64,000 nt of DNA from Thermoplasmata archaeon (GTDB lineage Archaea > Thermoplasmatota > E2 > JACPAO01 > JAHFTW01), in NCBI GenBank assembly GCA_034667725.1, contig JAXDQS010000003.1, forward strand, positions 384,001 through 448,000, given 5' to 3'. Below the pieces are notes generated by a model, which had not been told where the DNA came from, made no database searches, and worked only from the letters and a program-made list of their open reading frames with translations. The stretch's first letter is position 1; each line of letters begins with the position of its first letter. This document shows, one piece after another, positions 47,399-57,586 of the stretch. The translations under genes and the position numbers were made by a program.

Positions 47399-47547
47399 CT
47401 GAAAGAAGCCCATAGGTCAGTCTCATTTGGTCGGTCCTGCGGTCCTCGACCGCGAATCCCTGCCAAACTCCTGCCCGCCTTAAGCCGCGTTCCCAACCGG
47501 GTCCTCGGGGAACGAAGCGGCAAAAGTGCCACACTTGTGCCGAAAGC

Positions 47548-47868
47548 CTACGCCAACGCCGGCAACTGCACTTCCAGCACCCCTTCCCGCACCCGCGTCG
47601 GGTACACGGTCAGCGCGCCGGCCCACTCTTCACCAGGACGGGGGCGCCCGGTGGCCAAATCAAAAGTCGCCGTGTGCATGGGGCAGGTCAGCATCCGCCC
47701 CGCCAGCGTGCCGTCGGCCAACGCCCCGAACTTGTGGGGGCAATGCGGCGTCATGGCGTGCACCTCGCCCTCGGCGCGCACCATGAGGACCGCGACGCCG
47801 GCGACGGTGCGCTCCTGCATCTGGCCTTCGGCAAGCTCGGCCGCGGGGCCCACGGCGTGCCATCCCAT
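47548..47868 (-). CDS. Rieske [2Fe-2S] ferredoxin
   Basis: CPH..CPMHTATFDLATG; resembles oxygenase ferredoxins. Confidence 0.9.
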   Translation of the reverse strand: MGWHAVGPAAELAEGQMQERTVAGVAVLMVRAEGEVHAMTPHCPHKFGALADGTLAGRMLTCPMHTATFDLATGRPRPGEEWAGALTVYPTRVREGVLEVQLPALA

Positions 47869-47947
47869 GCCGGTCAACGCCGTGGCCAGGCGCCCCCTCG
47901 TATAAAGGAGGGGAGCCTTCAAGACGGGAACACCCCGTCGCCGGCCC

Positions 47948-48820
47948 ATGGCCCAGTCCACCGTCCAGTCCGCCCTGAAGCTCACGCCGATGGCGAACAA
48001 GCTCGTCAACTACGGCACGACCCCGAACGGCATCGCCGTCATCGAGCTGGCGTCGGACTCGGCGGGCGCCCCGCTGGCCGCCGGCGCGTCGGGCCCGAAC
48101 ACCTACACGCACGAGATGATGCGCGACCTCGACGAGGCCATCCTGAAGGCCCGCTTCGACGACGCCGTGTCGGTCATCGTCCTCACCGGCAACGGCGAGA
48201 AGTTCTTCTCCGCGGGCGCCAGCATCCAGATGCTCAACCGCGTCACGCCCGGCTACAAGTATTTCTTCTGCCTGCACGCCAACGAGACGCTGTCGCGCCT
48301 GGAGCAGACCCCGAAGCTGGTGATCGCGGCCCTCAACGGCCACGCGGTCGGCGGCGGCCTCGAGATCGCGATGGCGGCGGACCTGCGCATCGCGCGCAAG
48401 GACGCCGGAAAGGTCGGCCTCCCCGAGATCAACCTGGGCGTGCTGGCTGGCACCGGCGGCACCCAGCGCCTGGCCCGCATGGTGGGCAAGACCAAGGCCA
48501 TCGAGCTCATGGTCACGGGCACCAACATCAGCTTCGAGAAGGCCGCCGAATTGGGTCTCGTCAACATCATCCTGGAGGGCGACGCCGCCGCCTTCCGCCG
48601 CGACGTGCTGGACTGGGCCGCCCAGTTCTGCCCGCCCAACAAGGCCGCCCTCGCCTCCGGCATGATCAAGCGCGCCGTGCAAAGCGGCGCCGAGGTCCCC
48701 CTCGAGTACGGTCTTGCCATGGAGCGCGAGATGCAGGCCAAGCTGTTCGCCTCCAAGGACGCCAAGGAAGGCATCGCGGCCTACGTCGAGAAGCGCGTGG
48801 CCGACTTCAAGGGCAACTGA
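47948..48820 (+). CDS. enoyl-CoA hydratase/isomerase (crotonase), possibly a ring-opening lyase
   Basis: KFFSAGA; ALNGHAVGGGLE; LPEINLG..GTGGTQRL; alternative start 47990. Confidence 0.9.
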   Translation: MAQSTVQSALKLTPMANKLVNYGTTPNGIAVIELASDSAGAPLAAGASGPNTYTHEMMRDLDEAILKARFDDAVSVIVLTGNGEKFFSAGASIQMLNRVTPGYKYFFCLHANETLSRLEQTPKLVIAALNGHAVGGGLEIAMAADLRIARKDAGKVGLPEINLGVLAGTGGTQRLARMVGKTKAIELMVTGTNISFEKAAELGLVNIILEGDAAAFRRDVLDWAAQFCPPNKAALASGMIKRAVQSGAEVPLEYGLAMEREMQAKLFASKDAKEGIAAYVEKRVADFKGN

Positions 48821-48883
48821 GCGCCTCGCGGCGGCCGGTTGCCGGCATCCCTCCGCTTCCTAGCGGGACGCGGATGGCCTGGC

Positions 48884-49372
48884 ATGGCCCGCGCCGCGCA
48901 AGCCAAGGCACGCCCCCAGCAAGGCACCCCGCGGTCGGCCCGCCCGCGCCGCCCCTTGGCCGGCGACGACGCCTCCGAGGTGCAGGCGTTCCTCGACGGG
49001 TTCGCGGCCGCCGTCACGGCCGGCGACGGCAAGGCCGCGGCGGCCTGCTTCGACTACCCGGCCCTGATGGTCATGGGCGACGCCACGCAGCCGTTGGAGG
49101 AGCCCGAGGCGGTGGCGGCGTTCTTCGCGCAGGCGCCGGAGCAGTACCACGCCAAGGGCATCGAGGACACGCGGGCCGACATCCAGGACGTCGAGTGGCT
49201 CAACGACCGCCTGGTGCTGGTGCGCACGCACTTCCCGTACCTGGACGCGGCCGGCGCCGACACGGGCGACGGCGAGACCTCCCTGTACCTGATGCGGCGG
49301 CGCAAGGACGGCAGCCTGGGCCTGTGCGTCGCGGTCCCGCTAGGCACCGACTCCGGCCGGGATGCGCCCTGA
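48884..49372 (+). CDS. NTF2/SnoaL-like protein
   Basis: FLDGFAAAV..GD..AAACFDYP pattern; beta-rich C-terminus. Confidence 0.7.
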   Translation: MARAAQAKARPQQGTPRSARPRRPLAGDDASEVQAFLDGFAAAVTAGDGKAAAACFDYPALMVMGDATQPLEEPEAVAAFFAQAPEQYHAKGIEDTRADIQDVEWLNDRLVLVRTHFPYLDAAGADTGDGETSLYLMRRRKDGSLGLCVAVPLGTDSGRDAP

Positions 49373-49423
49373 GTCAAACGGTCGGCTGGGCATCTTCATA
49401 ACCCCCAGGCGGTCGTGCGGGTC

Positions 49424-51451
49424 ATGGACGCGTCCCGCGCCTTCGCCTGCCTGCTGCTCGCGGCACTGCTGGCGCCCGCCCCCACCCAAGCCAGCCACGA
49501 TGGCGACCGCCTCGACTACGCGGGCACGCTCGACCTGCTGCGCACGTTCGGCCTGCGCTTCGGCGGCGACCCCGTCGAGAACCAGACCGTCAAGGCGGCC
49601 TCGCTCGACCTGGTGCCCATGGGCGACCTGGACGGCGACGGCGCCGACGACGTGGTGGCCAGCGTGTACCGCTACGGCGCGGACGTCGAGGTCCGGCGCA
49701 CCGTGCAGGCGCTGTCGGGCCGCGACCTGGCCACGGTGGTGTGGAACCTGCCCATCGCCGACGGCCAGTCCGCCAGCATGGTGGGCGACCTGGACGGCGA
49801 CGGCCTCGGCGACGTCATCAAGTCCGCCTCCCACGGCGAGGTCACCGCCTACCCGACCTCGGTCGGCTTCGCCACCGCCGGCCCGATGGCGTACGGCTTC
49901 GACTTCGACCGCGAGGTATTCTCCGGCAAGGGCCTGAAGCAGCTCCACAAGCAGGCCGACCACAACGCCCAGGACTCCACCGAGGCGTCCGCGTTCCCCC
50001 CGGCCGGCTACGTCGACGCAAGCCGCTCGACCTATGACGTCAACGGCCTCGTCCCCCTCGGCCAAGGCGGCTTCGGCACCCTCGGCTTCACCTACGACTC
50101 CACCGACACCTTCGCCTTCACGCCCGCGGGCTACAGCTGGGCCGGCTCGGAGCGCACCCACGCCTCCTACACCGGAAGCGGCGGCACCGTCGCGTTCGAG
50201 GGCGACCTGCAGGACGTCCAAGGCGTCGCGGCCGCCCAGCTGGACGGCGCCGGCGGCGACGACTTCGGCTTCCTGGTGGCCGAGGACGCCCTCGAGACGT
50301 ACAGCTACGGCATGGGGGCGCCGCCCCTGTCGCAGGCGCGCAGCCACCGCGTCGCCGCGGTCGGCGGCGTGGACGGCAAGCTGCTGTGGGAGCGCGTGTT
50401 CGAGACGGAGCCCGCCCCCGCCCTGCTGCGCGAGGCCGCCCTGCTGCCGCTCGGCGACCTCGACGGCGACGGCAACGACGAGCTGGAGTTCCTCCACTTT
50501 GCCAGCAGCGACGGCGCCAGCCTGGCGGGCGCCGTGCGCATCCTGTCCGGCAAGGACGGCGCCACCCTGCACGAAGTCGCCGTCTCGTCCGACGTCCTCA
50601 CGGTCGCGCTGCCCTACGGCGACCTGGAAGGCGACGGCAAGGACGAGGTCCTGGCGGCCGCCATCACGTTCAGCACCGGCGACGTCAAGGCCGGCCCCGC
50701 CAAAGGCGACCTGGTGCAAATCTGGAGCGTGCCCGTCACGGACCAAGGGCCCCTGACCCTCCACGGCGACGAGCACTCGGACTGGACCGGCGACGGCGCC
50801 CCGGACCTGGTGCTCCTGAGCGAGACCGGCGACGACGGCCGCGCCGTCAAGGTCGAGGCGCTCGACGGCCGCACCGGCAAGCCCGCCTGGGTGCTGGAGC
50901 GCGACGACGTCGAAAGCATCCGCGTGGTGGAGGACGTCAGCGGCGTCGGCGCCGTGGACCTGTTCGTCGGCTACGCCACCGACGCGGAGGACCTGACCAA
51001 CGCCACCGTCAGCTTCGAGCTCCTGGCCGGCGAGACCGGCGCCGTCGTCCTCGGCAGCACCTTGGTGCAGCCGGGCGGCGCCTACGACGAGATCGGCCTC
51101 CTCGCCCGCACCCTCGGCGACCTGGACGGCGAGGGCGGCCCCGAGTTCGGGGTCCGCGTCAGCCGCAGCGACGACGACATCGACGACGGCGCCCCCACGA
51201 TGGAGTGGCGCGTGTTCGCCGGCACCGCCGGCGCCGAGACCATCGTCGTCACGCCGCCGCCCGCGGCGTCCGGCACCGACGCCGTCCCCGCGCCCGTCCA
51301 AGTGTCGCGCGCGGCGCCGCCCGAGGTCCACGACGCCCCGCCGGCCAGCGCGACCGAGGAGCCCGCCAAGGGCTCGCCGCCCGCGAGCCTGGCGGCCGCG
51401 GTGGCCGTCCTGGCGGCCGTCGCCGTGCTGGCCGCGCGCCGCCGCGCCTGA
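49424..51451 (+). CDS. FG-GAP repeat cell-surface protein with C-terminal sorting signal
   Basis: repeated GDLDGDG..D; signal peptide; SPP + hydrophobic run + RRR terminus. Confidence 0.85.
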   Translation: MDASRAFACLLLAALLAPAPTQASHDGDRLDYAGTLDLLRTFGLRFGGDPVENQTVKAASLDLVPMGDLDGDGADDVVASVYRYGADVEVRRTVQALSGRDLATVVWNLPIADGQSASMVGDLDGDGLGDVIKSASHGEVTAYPTSVGFATAGPMAYGFDFDREVFSGKGLKQLHKQADHNAQDSTEASAFPPAGYVDASRSTYDVNGLVPLGQGGFGTLGFTYDSTDTFAFTPAGYSWAGSERTHASYTGSGGTVAFEGDLQDVQGVAAAQLDGAGGDDFGFLVAEDALETYSYGMGAPPLSQARSHRVAAVGGVDGKLLWERVFETEPAPALLREAALLPLGDLDGDGNDELEFLHFASSDGASLAGAVRILSGKDGATLHEVAVSSDVLTVALPYGDLEGDGKDEVLAAAITFSTGDVKAGPAKGDLVQIWSVPVTDQGPLTLHGDEHSDWTGDGAPDLVLLSETGDDGRAVKVEALDGRTGKPAWVLERDDVESIRVVEDVSGVGAVDLFVGYATDAEDLTNATVSFELLAGETGAVVLGSTLVQPGGAYDEIGLLARTLGDLDGEGGPEFGVRVSRSDDDIDDGAPTMEWRVFAGTAGAETIVVTPPPAASGTDAVPAPVQVSRAAPPEVHDAPPASATEEPAKGSPPASLAAAVAVLAAVAVLAARRRA

Positions 51452-51461
51452 GCCCCCTGCG

Positions 51462-52085
51462 CTAGGGGTGCTGGGTGCCGGCGACCATCTGGCGCACGGC
51501 GTCCTGCTCCATCTTCTTCTTCTGCGCCGCGGTGAGGTTGGCGGGCCAGCCGAGGCTCCAGGCGTGGCCGAAGGGGTCGCGCAGCTGCCCGTAGCGGTCG
51601 CCCCAGAACTGGTCCGCCAATGGCATGATGGGGCTGGCGCCGTTGTCCATGGCGCGCTTCCACACCTCGTCGAGGTCCTTGCGCTGGAGGTGCAGCGTCA
51701 CGCCCACCATCTTGTCCGGCACCGGCCCCGCGAACGGGTCGGCCAGCATCAGGGTCGAGTCGCCCAGCTGGAGGGTGGCGTGCATCAGCTTCCCGTTGGG
51801 CAGCGGCATCCGGGCCAGCTCCTTGGCGCCGAACACCGTGCCGTACCAGCGGATCGCCGCCTCGGCGCCGTCCACCACCAGGTGCGGCGTCACGGCATGG
51901 AACGGCGCCTTGCCGGAGCCGGGCGCGCCCGAGCCGTCGGCCTTGCGCCCGCCGGCCGCCGCCTTCTTGGGCGCGGCCTTGCGGACGACCGTCTTGGAAG
52001 GCTTGGAGCGCTTGGCGGCCGCCTTGCGGACGGTCTTCGAGGCCTTGGCGGGCTGGGGTTTCTTGGCGGGCTTGCGGGCGGCCAT
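51462..52085 (-). CDS. VOC/PhnB glyoxalase-family protein with Lys/Ala-rich N-tail
   Basis: VTPHLVV; MHATLQLG; DQFWGDRYGQLRDPFGHAW. Confidence 0.9.
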   Translation of the reverse strand: MAARKPAKKPQPAKASKTVRKAAAKRSKPSKTVVRKAAPKKAAAGGRKADGSGAPGSGKAPFHAVTPHLVVDGAEAAIRWYGTVFGAKELARMPLPNGKLMHATLQLGDSTLMLADPFAGPVPDKMVGVTLHLQRKDLDEVWKRAMDNGASPIMPLADQFWGDRYGQLRDPFGHAWSLGWPANLTAAQKKKMEQDAVRQMVAGTQHP

Positions 52086-52159
52086 CGCGGCGCCATCCGG
52101 CAGACCCTATTTCTTTCTGCGGGCAGCCATCTTTTTTTGGCGGCGCCGCTGCCGGCGGC

Positions 52160-52546
52160 ATGGACCCGGTCATCCACTTCGAGCTGCCTGCCGACGACGT
52201 GGCCCGCGCCCGCCGCTTCTACGAGGCCGCCTTCGGGTGGCGGATGGCCTCGCCGCCCGGCGGCGCCTACACCTTCATCACGACGACGCCGACGGACCCC
52301 AAGACCATGATGCCCCAGAAGCCCGGCGGCATCAACGGCGGCATGATGGCCCGCCCGCCCATGCTCAAGGGCCCGGCCATCATCGTCCAGGTGGACGACC
52401 TGGAGGCCGCGGTGGCGCGCATCGAGAAGGCCGGCGGCAAGAAGGTGTGGGGCCCGCAGGACGTCGGGCCCGGCCGCAGCGCCTACTTCGTCGACACCGA
52501 AGGCAGCGCCGTCGGGCTGTTCCAGCCGAAAGCGCCCCCCGGCTGA
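52160..52546 (+). CDS. VOC glyoxalase-family protein
   Basis: VIHFELPADD..ARRFY..FGW; PGGINGG; AYFVDTEG. Confidence 0.92.
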   Translation: MDPVIHFELPADDVARARRFYEAAFGWRMASPPGGAYTFITTTPTDPKTMMPQKPGGINGGMMARPPMLKGPAIIVQVDDLEAAVARIEKAGGKKVWGPQDVGPGRSAYFVDTEGSAVGLFQPKAPPG

Positions 52547-52821
52547 ACGCCTAGCGGTGGCGCCGGAAGGTCCCGAAGCCGCGGCCGCGGGTCGCCCGCG
52601 CCACGGAAGCCTCGGACCACATGTTCGGCCGCATCCGCTTCTCGGCCAGGCTCAAGTGGCTGGGACGGAGTGGCGACTTCTTGGCGTGGTGCCTGCGGCT
52701 GGAGTCGAAGGTGGCCATGCTGAAGGTTCTCTTTGCGCCCCGAGATGGGGCTGGCGTTGTGGGACGCCTCCAGGAGGGGCCCGACCGCACCCCTCTTATC
52801 CGAGGAACCTTAGGGAACCTC

Positions 52822-53940
52822 ATGGCCCAGGCCGCAAGCGTCCCGACCACCTTCGACGACTGGGTCGCGCAGTTTGGCGACTGGCAGAAGAAGGTCGGCT
52901 TCGACACCGCCTGGCTGGGCGACTACCGCTTCGAGGCCAAGTACGACTTCGACAACGTGGCGCCCCACATCGAGTACGGCGACTACAAGGGCCGCCCGAA
53001 GTGGGAGCGTCCGCTGCAAATCCCGCACCAGAACATCCGCGACGCCCTGATGCACCTCATCACGGTCCAGGGCGACACCGAGTTCGCCTCCGTCGAGCAG
53101 CAGCGCCACCTCCTGGCCTCGGCGCCCACCGAGTACGACCGCAAGTCCGCGCTGCGCATCATGGCGGAGGAGCAGCGCCACGGCTGGCAGATGTGCCACC
53201 TCCTGATGACGCACTTCGGCCCCGAGGGCGCCCGCGAGGCCCAGAAGCTCTTGCAGCGCGACGCCAACGACGGCAACCGCCTGCTCGGCTCCTTCAACGA
53301 GCCCACCAAGAACTGGCTCGACTTCTTCGTGTTCACGATGTTCGTGGACCGCGACGGCAAGTACCAGCTCAAGATGCTCTCCACCAGCGCCTTCAAGCCG
53401 CTCGCGGCCTCGATGGGCCCGATGCTCAAGGAGGAGGCGTTCCACCTCGGCACCGGCAGCAACGGCCTGCGCCGCATCGTCAAGGCCGGCGTCATCCCCA
53501 TCCCCGTCCTGCAGCGCAGCTTCAACCGCTGGATCCCGACCGCCTACGACCTGTTCGGCAAGGACGGCAGCACCTCCAGCGAATGGGCCTACGTCTGGGG
53601 CCTCAAGGGCCGCTACGACGAGGCCGAGAACACCGCCCCCGTCGACAAGCGCATGCTCAACCGCGACGCCCGCGAGCTGTACCGCCAGGAGATCGCGCGC
53701 GAGGTCGAGATCATCAACAAGTCGGTGCCCGACGGCCAACCCAAGCTCTACGTGCCGGCGCCCAGCTTCCACCGCGCCATCGGCCCCGACGTCGGCGCCG
53801 AGGTCACCCCGGCCGGCGAGGCCTGGAAGGGCAAGGGCAGCTACGCCGACTACCTCGCCACCGTGCTCCCCACCAAGGAGGACGACGACGTGCTCGCCGA
53901 GTGCTTTAAGCGGGAATGGATCGCCTCCAAGGCGGCGTAG
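52822..53940 (+). CDS. BoxB/PaaA-like di-iron aryl-CoA epoxidase subunit
   Basis: QGDTEFASVEQQRHL; EEQRH; RLLGSFN; FVDRDGKYQL; EEAFH (two ExxH). Confidence 0.85.
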   Translation: MAQAASVPTTFDDWVAQFGDWQKKVGFDTAWLGDYRFEAKYDFDNVAPHIEYGDYKGRPKWERPLQIPHQNIRDALMHLITVQGDTEFASVEQQRHLLASAPTEYDRKSALRIMAEEQRHGWQMCHLLMTHFGPEGAREAQKLLQRDANDGNRLLGSFNEPTKNWLDFFVFTMFVDRDGKYQLKMLSTSAFKPLAASMGPMLKEEAFHLGTGSNGLRRIVKAGVIPIPVLQRSFNRWIPTAYDLFGKDGSTSSEWAYVWGLKGRYDEAENTAPVDKRMLNRDARELYRQEIAREVEIINKSVPDGQPKLYVPAPSFHRAIGPDVGAEVTPAGEAWKGKGSYADYLATVLPTKEDDDVLAECFKREWIASKAA

Positions 53941-53947
53941 GCGCGGC

Positions 53948-54481
53948 ATGAGCCCGCTGCAAGCCTTCTTCGAGCAGGTCCCGGCCCTCTACCGCGCGGC
54001 CCAGGCGCCCGTCCACGACTCCTACCAACGGCTGCTCTACACCATCGAGCACCCGCTGGCGGAGCCCGTGACCGACGCCATCGAGCAGGCGTTCGGCCTG
54101 CCCCGCCCCAAGTGGGCCGGCCACCTGCGCCGCGACGCCATCGCGCTCCTGGACGCCCACCACTACCCGGCGACGGCGCCCATCTCGGACCTGCCGGCGG
54201 TCAGCGGCCTCGACCTGCGCACCCTCAGCCATTACCTGCACTTCTTCCACCATGCCTACCCCATCTACGACGAGGCCTCCTGCAAGGGCCTGGCCAGGCT
54301 CGGGTTCGAGGTGCCGTTCGTGCGAGAGCGCGATGCCGACGTGTACGGCGCCTACATCCAGGCCATCGAGACGCTGAAGGAGCGCATCCCGTTCTGGGAC
54401 GTGCCGGAGACCAACGTGTACCTCACGCGCATCGTGCAAGGGGCCTTGCAACAATTTGGGGCCACGACCAATCAACGCTGA
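53948..54481 (+). CDS. hypothetical protein (177 aa)
   Basis: 7 nt after the boxB-like stop; good codon bias. Confidence 0.75.
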   Translation: MSPLQAFFEQVPALYRAAQAPVHDSYQRLLYTIEHPLAEPVTDAIEQAFGLPRPKWAGHLRRDAIALLDAHHYPATAPISDLPAVSGLDLRTLSHYLHFFHHAYPIYDEASCKGLARLGFEVPFVRERDADVYGAYIQAIETLKERIPFWDVPETNVYLTRIVQGALQQFGATTNQR

Positions 54482-54512
54482 GGTTTTCTGGGCACGCGGT
54501 TCTCCAGGGTGC

Positions 54513-54671
54513 ATGAGCGACAATCCATGGCCTGGCATCCATGCTCGACGCGAACGCGATGCTGCGCGCTCCGCGGCGGTGTCCGCCCGTGCAGAGGTCG
54601 ACCACCTGCGTGCAAGGATCGCCAGGTTGGAAGCACAAGTCAAGTCGCTTGGGGAAGAGCCGGTTTCCTAG
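54513..54671 (+). CDS. small coiled-coil hypothetical protein
   Basis: EVDHLRARIARLEAQV heptad pattern. Confidence 0.45.
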   Translation: MSDNPWPGIHARRERDAARSAAVSARAEVDHLRARIARLEAQVKSLGEEPVS

Positions 54672-55733
54672 CTACACCGGATGCCGCCGCGCCATCCCCT
54701 GCGCCGCCACCCGCCACGCCCGCGGCTTGGCCGGCGGCACCCGGACGCGGGCCGCCGCCACGACCTCGCGCAACAGCGCGGGGTCGAGGAGGGCCAGGTC
54801 GCGCACGCCGGTGACGCCGTGCTCCGCCAGCGCCCGCGCCGCGCGCAGGTCCATGCCGTGCACGAGCGCGAGCTTTGCGGCGGTGCGCAGCGTCGGCGTG
54901 TGCTTGCGCGGGATGCCGACGGCGCGCGCAAACCGCCCTAGGTTCACCTCGACGACGGTGTCGAGGACGCGCAGCCCGGCCGCCTCCAGCCGGGCGCGGT
55001 CGTCGCCGCGCGGCGCCACGTCCCAGCCGAGGAACATGGTGCTGGGCTGGCCACGGTGGCGCCAGGCGTTCCAGGCCGCGCCGGCCGCCACCAGGCCGAG
55101 GAACGCCAGCGGCAGCCACTTCGACCACGGGCCCGACGGCAGCAGCGCGCTCGCGAACGACAGGGCGACGGCCCAGAACAGCGACACCGCGACGCCAGCG
55201 GCCGTGAGCCAGACGGCCAGTTTCCGCAGCGGCAGGCCGGCCAAGAGGCCGAGGAGGCAGGCGGCGATGGCGCCGGAGCCGAACCCGGGCAGGAAGTAGA
55301 AGCCCGCGACGGCCCAGACGCCCCACTTTTGGACCCAGTGGCGCTTGGCCACCGCCTCGCGCTCGAGGGTCGAGATGGGCCGGTCGATCCAGTGGAACTG
55401 GCGCAGCCGGCGGAACGCGAACGCCAGCGCCACAAGGCTGACGAGCACCGTGGCGGCGTCTTGGCTGGCGTTGAGGAGCGCCACCAGCCAGAGCGGCAGC
55501 GGGTCGGCCTGCGCGTAGGCGGACAGCATCGCCGGCTCGCGGCCGATCGCGAGGGTCGTGCCGGCAAGTTGGAGCGCCTGCCCGCCGCGGCCGACGAGGA
55601 ACGCGAAGCCCAGGACGGAGGCCCAGGCCGCCAGCGCGACGCCGGCGGCGGCCATGGTCCAGCGCAGTTCCGTCGGAATCCTGCGCTTCCCGCGCAGGTC
55701 CCGGCGGACGGCGCGGGCCAGGTCCTTGTCCAT
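54672..55733 (-). CDS. membrane protein (small multidrug export-like) with C-terminal helix-hairpin/DUF4332-like domain
   Basis: several TM helices; KWG..FYFLPGFGSG; VHGM..ALAEHGV..L. Confidence 0.75.
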   Translation of the reverse strand: MDKDLARAVRRDLRGKRRIPTELRWTMAAAGVALAAWASVLGFAFLVGRGGQALQLAGTTLAIGREPAMLSAYAQADPLPLWLVALLNASQDAATVLVSLVALAFAFRRLRQFHWIDRPISTLEREAVAKRHWVQKWGVWAVAGFYFLPGFGSGAIAACLLGLLAGLPLRKLAVWLTAAGVAVSLFWAVALSFASALLPSGPWSKWLPLAFLGLVAAGAAWNAWRHRGQPSTMFLGWDVAPRGDDRARLEAAGLRVLDTVVEVNLGRFARAVGIPRKHTPTLRTAAKLALVHGMDLRAARALAEHGVTGVRDLALLDPALLREVVAAARVRVPPAKPRAWRVAAQGMARRHPV

Positions 55734-55756
55734 GCGGAATTTTGGGCGTGGCGTCC

Positions 55757-57586
55757 TCAAGGCTCTGCCGGAGCCGGCACCACTTGGAGGCCCTGCCATT
55801 GCTGGAGCGACCAGCAGAACGGGTTGTCGGCGGGGTCGCGGACGAACGGGCGCGGGCCGAGGATGACCAACAGCTCCTGGGCACGGGTGAGGCTGACGTT
55901 GAGGCGGCGGTGGTCCTCGTGCGGCTTGGCCGGCTTGAGGGTGGTGAGGTCGAACAGGATGGCGCGGCGCTCGTTGCCCTGGAAGGCATCGACGGTGGCG
56001 GCGGTCATGCGCGCGAGCGGGGCGTCGCGGGCCTTGTCGTGCGCGAGCGCCTGGAACGCCTCGGCCTGGGCCCGGAACGGCGTGATGTAGCCCAGCTCGT
56101 CCGGACGGAAGCCCTGCTTGGCAAGCTCGGCGGCCATGCGCCAGGCGAGGCGGGCGTGCGTCGGGTTGGCGCGGCTGGTGCCGACCTGCTCGGCCTTGTT
56201 GCCGGGGACGGCGGTGGTGTCGAGCCAGACGACGGGCTGGGTGACGCGGTGGCCGGCGAGGGTGAGGCTGATGGGCTTGCCTGGGTTGGCGCTGCGGACC
56301 CGGCCGCCATAGACGGCGTCCTGGCTCCAGGCGTAGATGCGGGGATGGCAGCGGAACTGCTCGTCCAAGAGCACGGCGAGGTCGGGGCGCAGCATCTGCA
56401 GGAGCTCGAAGTGGCTGCGCTTCTGGTTCTCGTCGCGGGAGGCGCGCCGGCCGCGCACGATGGGCGGAAGCTGCAACGGGTCGCCGACCAGCACCAGGCG
56501 GCGGGCGACGAAGTGCGCCAGCGCGGTCTTGGGGAAGGCGTTCATGCCGGCCTCGTCCACGATGACGGTGTCGAACGGGCGCACCTCCTGGTTGTCCTGG
56601 TCGGCGGCCAGCACGGCGGAGGCGAGTGCGTCCAAGGTCATGCCGACGATGGGGTGCTTGTCCTGGAGGTTGGCGAACAGCGGCTTGGCGTCCTCCTCCT
56701 CGGGGTCCATGCGGAAGCTGCTGACCCGCTTGTTGAGGTGCGCCAGGTCGGCGCTGACGCGGCCCGCCTCGCCCAGCCGCACCGTCCGGTCGGCCAGCCG
56801 CGGCTCGGCCGCCAAGGCCTTCCGGAGGGCGTTGTCGATGGCGACGTGGGTGTGGCTCACGACGAGGACGGTGCGGTCGCGGCGCGCCTCCATCTTCAAC
56901 AACTGCGCGATCACCGTGGTCTTGCCGGTGCCGGGCGGGCCCTGCACCAGCAGGATGCCGCCTTCCGGCAGCGCGGCCGCCGCCGCCAGCGCCTTGGCCT
57001 GGCCCGGGCGGAGGCCTGGAGCATCGACCGCGCCGCCGCGCGCAAGCGGCGGCAGGGCGTCGGCGCGCTCCAGGTCGCCGTAGCCGGCGTGGCGGCGCTT
57101 GACCACCAGGAACGCCTTGAGGAGGTTGCGGTGGATGGTGGCGTTCGACTGGGGCGACAGCAGCACGGTGGCGCCGCGCCGCAGCGAGCCCCAGGCGCGG
57201 TCGTCGGCCAAGAGCTCGAGGTGGCCGCCCGCCTTCTGGAGGATTTCGACGGGCGTGGAGTCCTCGGCGCCGCCGTCCAGGAAGCCCTCGACCCGGCTGC
57301 CGGCCACGACCCAGCGCGGGTTGCCCTCGACGACCTGGACCCGCAGGTGCGCGCCGTCGCCCTCCTCGCGCGCCTCGTCCACCGCGGCCGTGAGGCGCTT
57401 CGCCTCGCCGTCCTCCTCCTCGGCCGCGATCTCCTCGCGCAACGCCTGGACGTGCTCCGCGAACCCGGGCACGCGGGCATCGACCAGCGGCTGGGTGTCC
57501 AAGGCGTGGCAGCCCGAGCAGGCCGTGACCAGGCTGGCGCCGAAGCGGACCGTCCGGGTCGCGCCCCCGCAGCACCGGCAAGCCAC
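55757..57586 (-). CDS. SF1 DNA2/NAM7(Upf1)-like helicase with N-terminal Zn finger
   Basis: QGPPGTGKT; THVAIDN; VDEAG; VGDPLQLPP; ITPF; TVDAFQG; RRLNVSLTRA; CRCC..CSGC; start uncertain (57586-57673). Confidence 0.9.
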   Translation of the reverse strand: MACRCCGGATRTVRFGASLVTACSGCHALDTQPLVDARVPGFAEHVQALREEIAAEEEDGEAKRLTAAVDEAREEGDGAHLRVQVVEGNPRWVVAGSRVEGFLDGGAEDSTPVEILQKAGGHLELLADDRAWGSLRRGATVLLSPQSNATIHRNLLKAFLVVKRRHAGYGDLERADALPPLARGGAVDAPGLRPGQAKALAAAAALPEGGILLVQGPPGTGKTTVIAQLLKMEARRDRTVLVVSHTHVAIDNALRKALAAEPRLADRTVRLGEAGRVSADLAHLNKRVSSFRMDPEEEDAKPLFANLQDKHPIVGMTLDALASAVLAADQDNQEVRPFDTVIVDEAGMNAFPKTALAHFVARRLVLVGDPLQLPPIVRGRRASRDENQKRSHFELLQMLRPDLAVLLDEQFRCHPRIYAWSQDAVYGGRVRSANPGKPISLTLAGHRVTQPVVWLDTTAVPGNKAEQVGTSRANPTHARLAWRMAAELAKQGFRPDELGYITPFRAQAEAFQALAHDKARDAPLARMTAATVDAFQGNERRAILFDLTTLKPAKPHEDHRRLNVSLTRAQELLVILGPRPFVRDPADNPFCWSLQQWQGLQVVPAPAEP

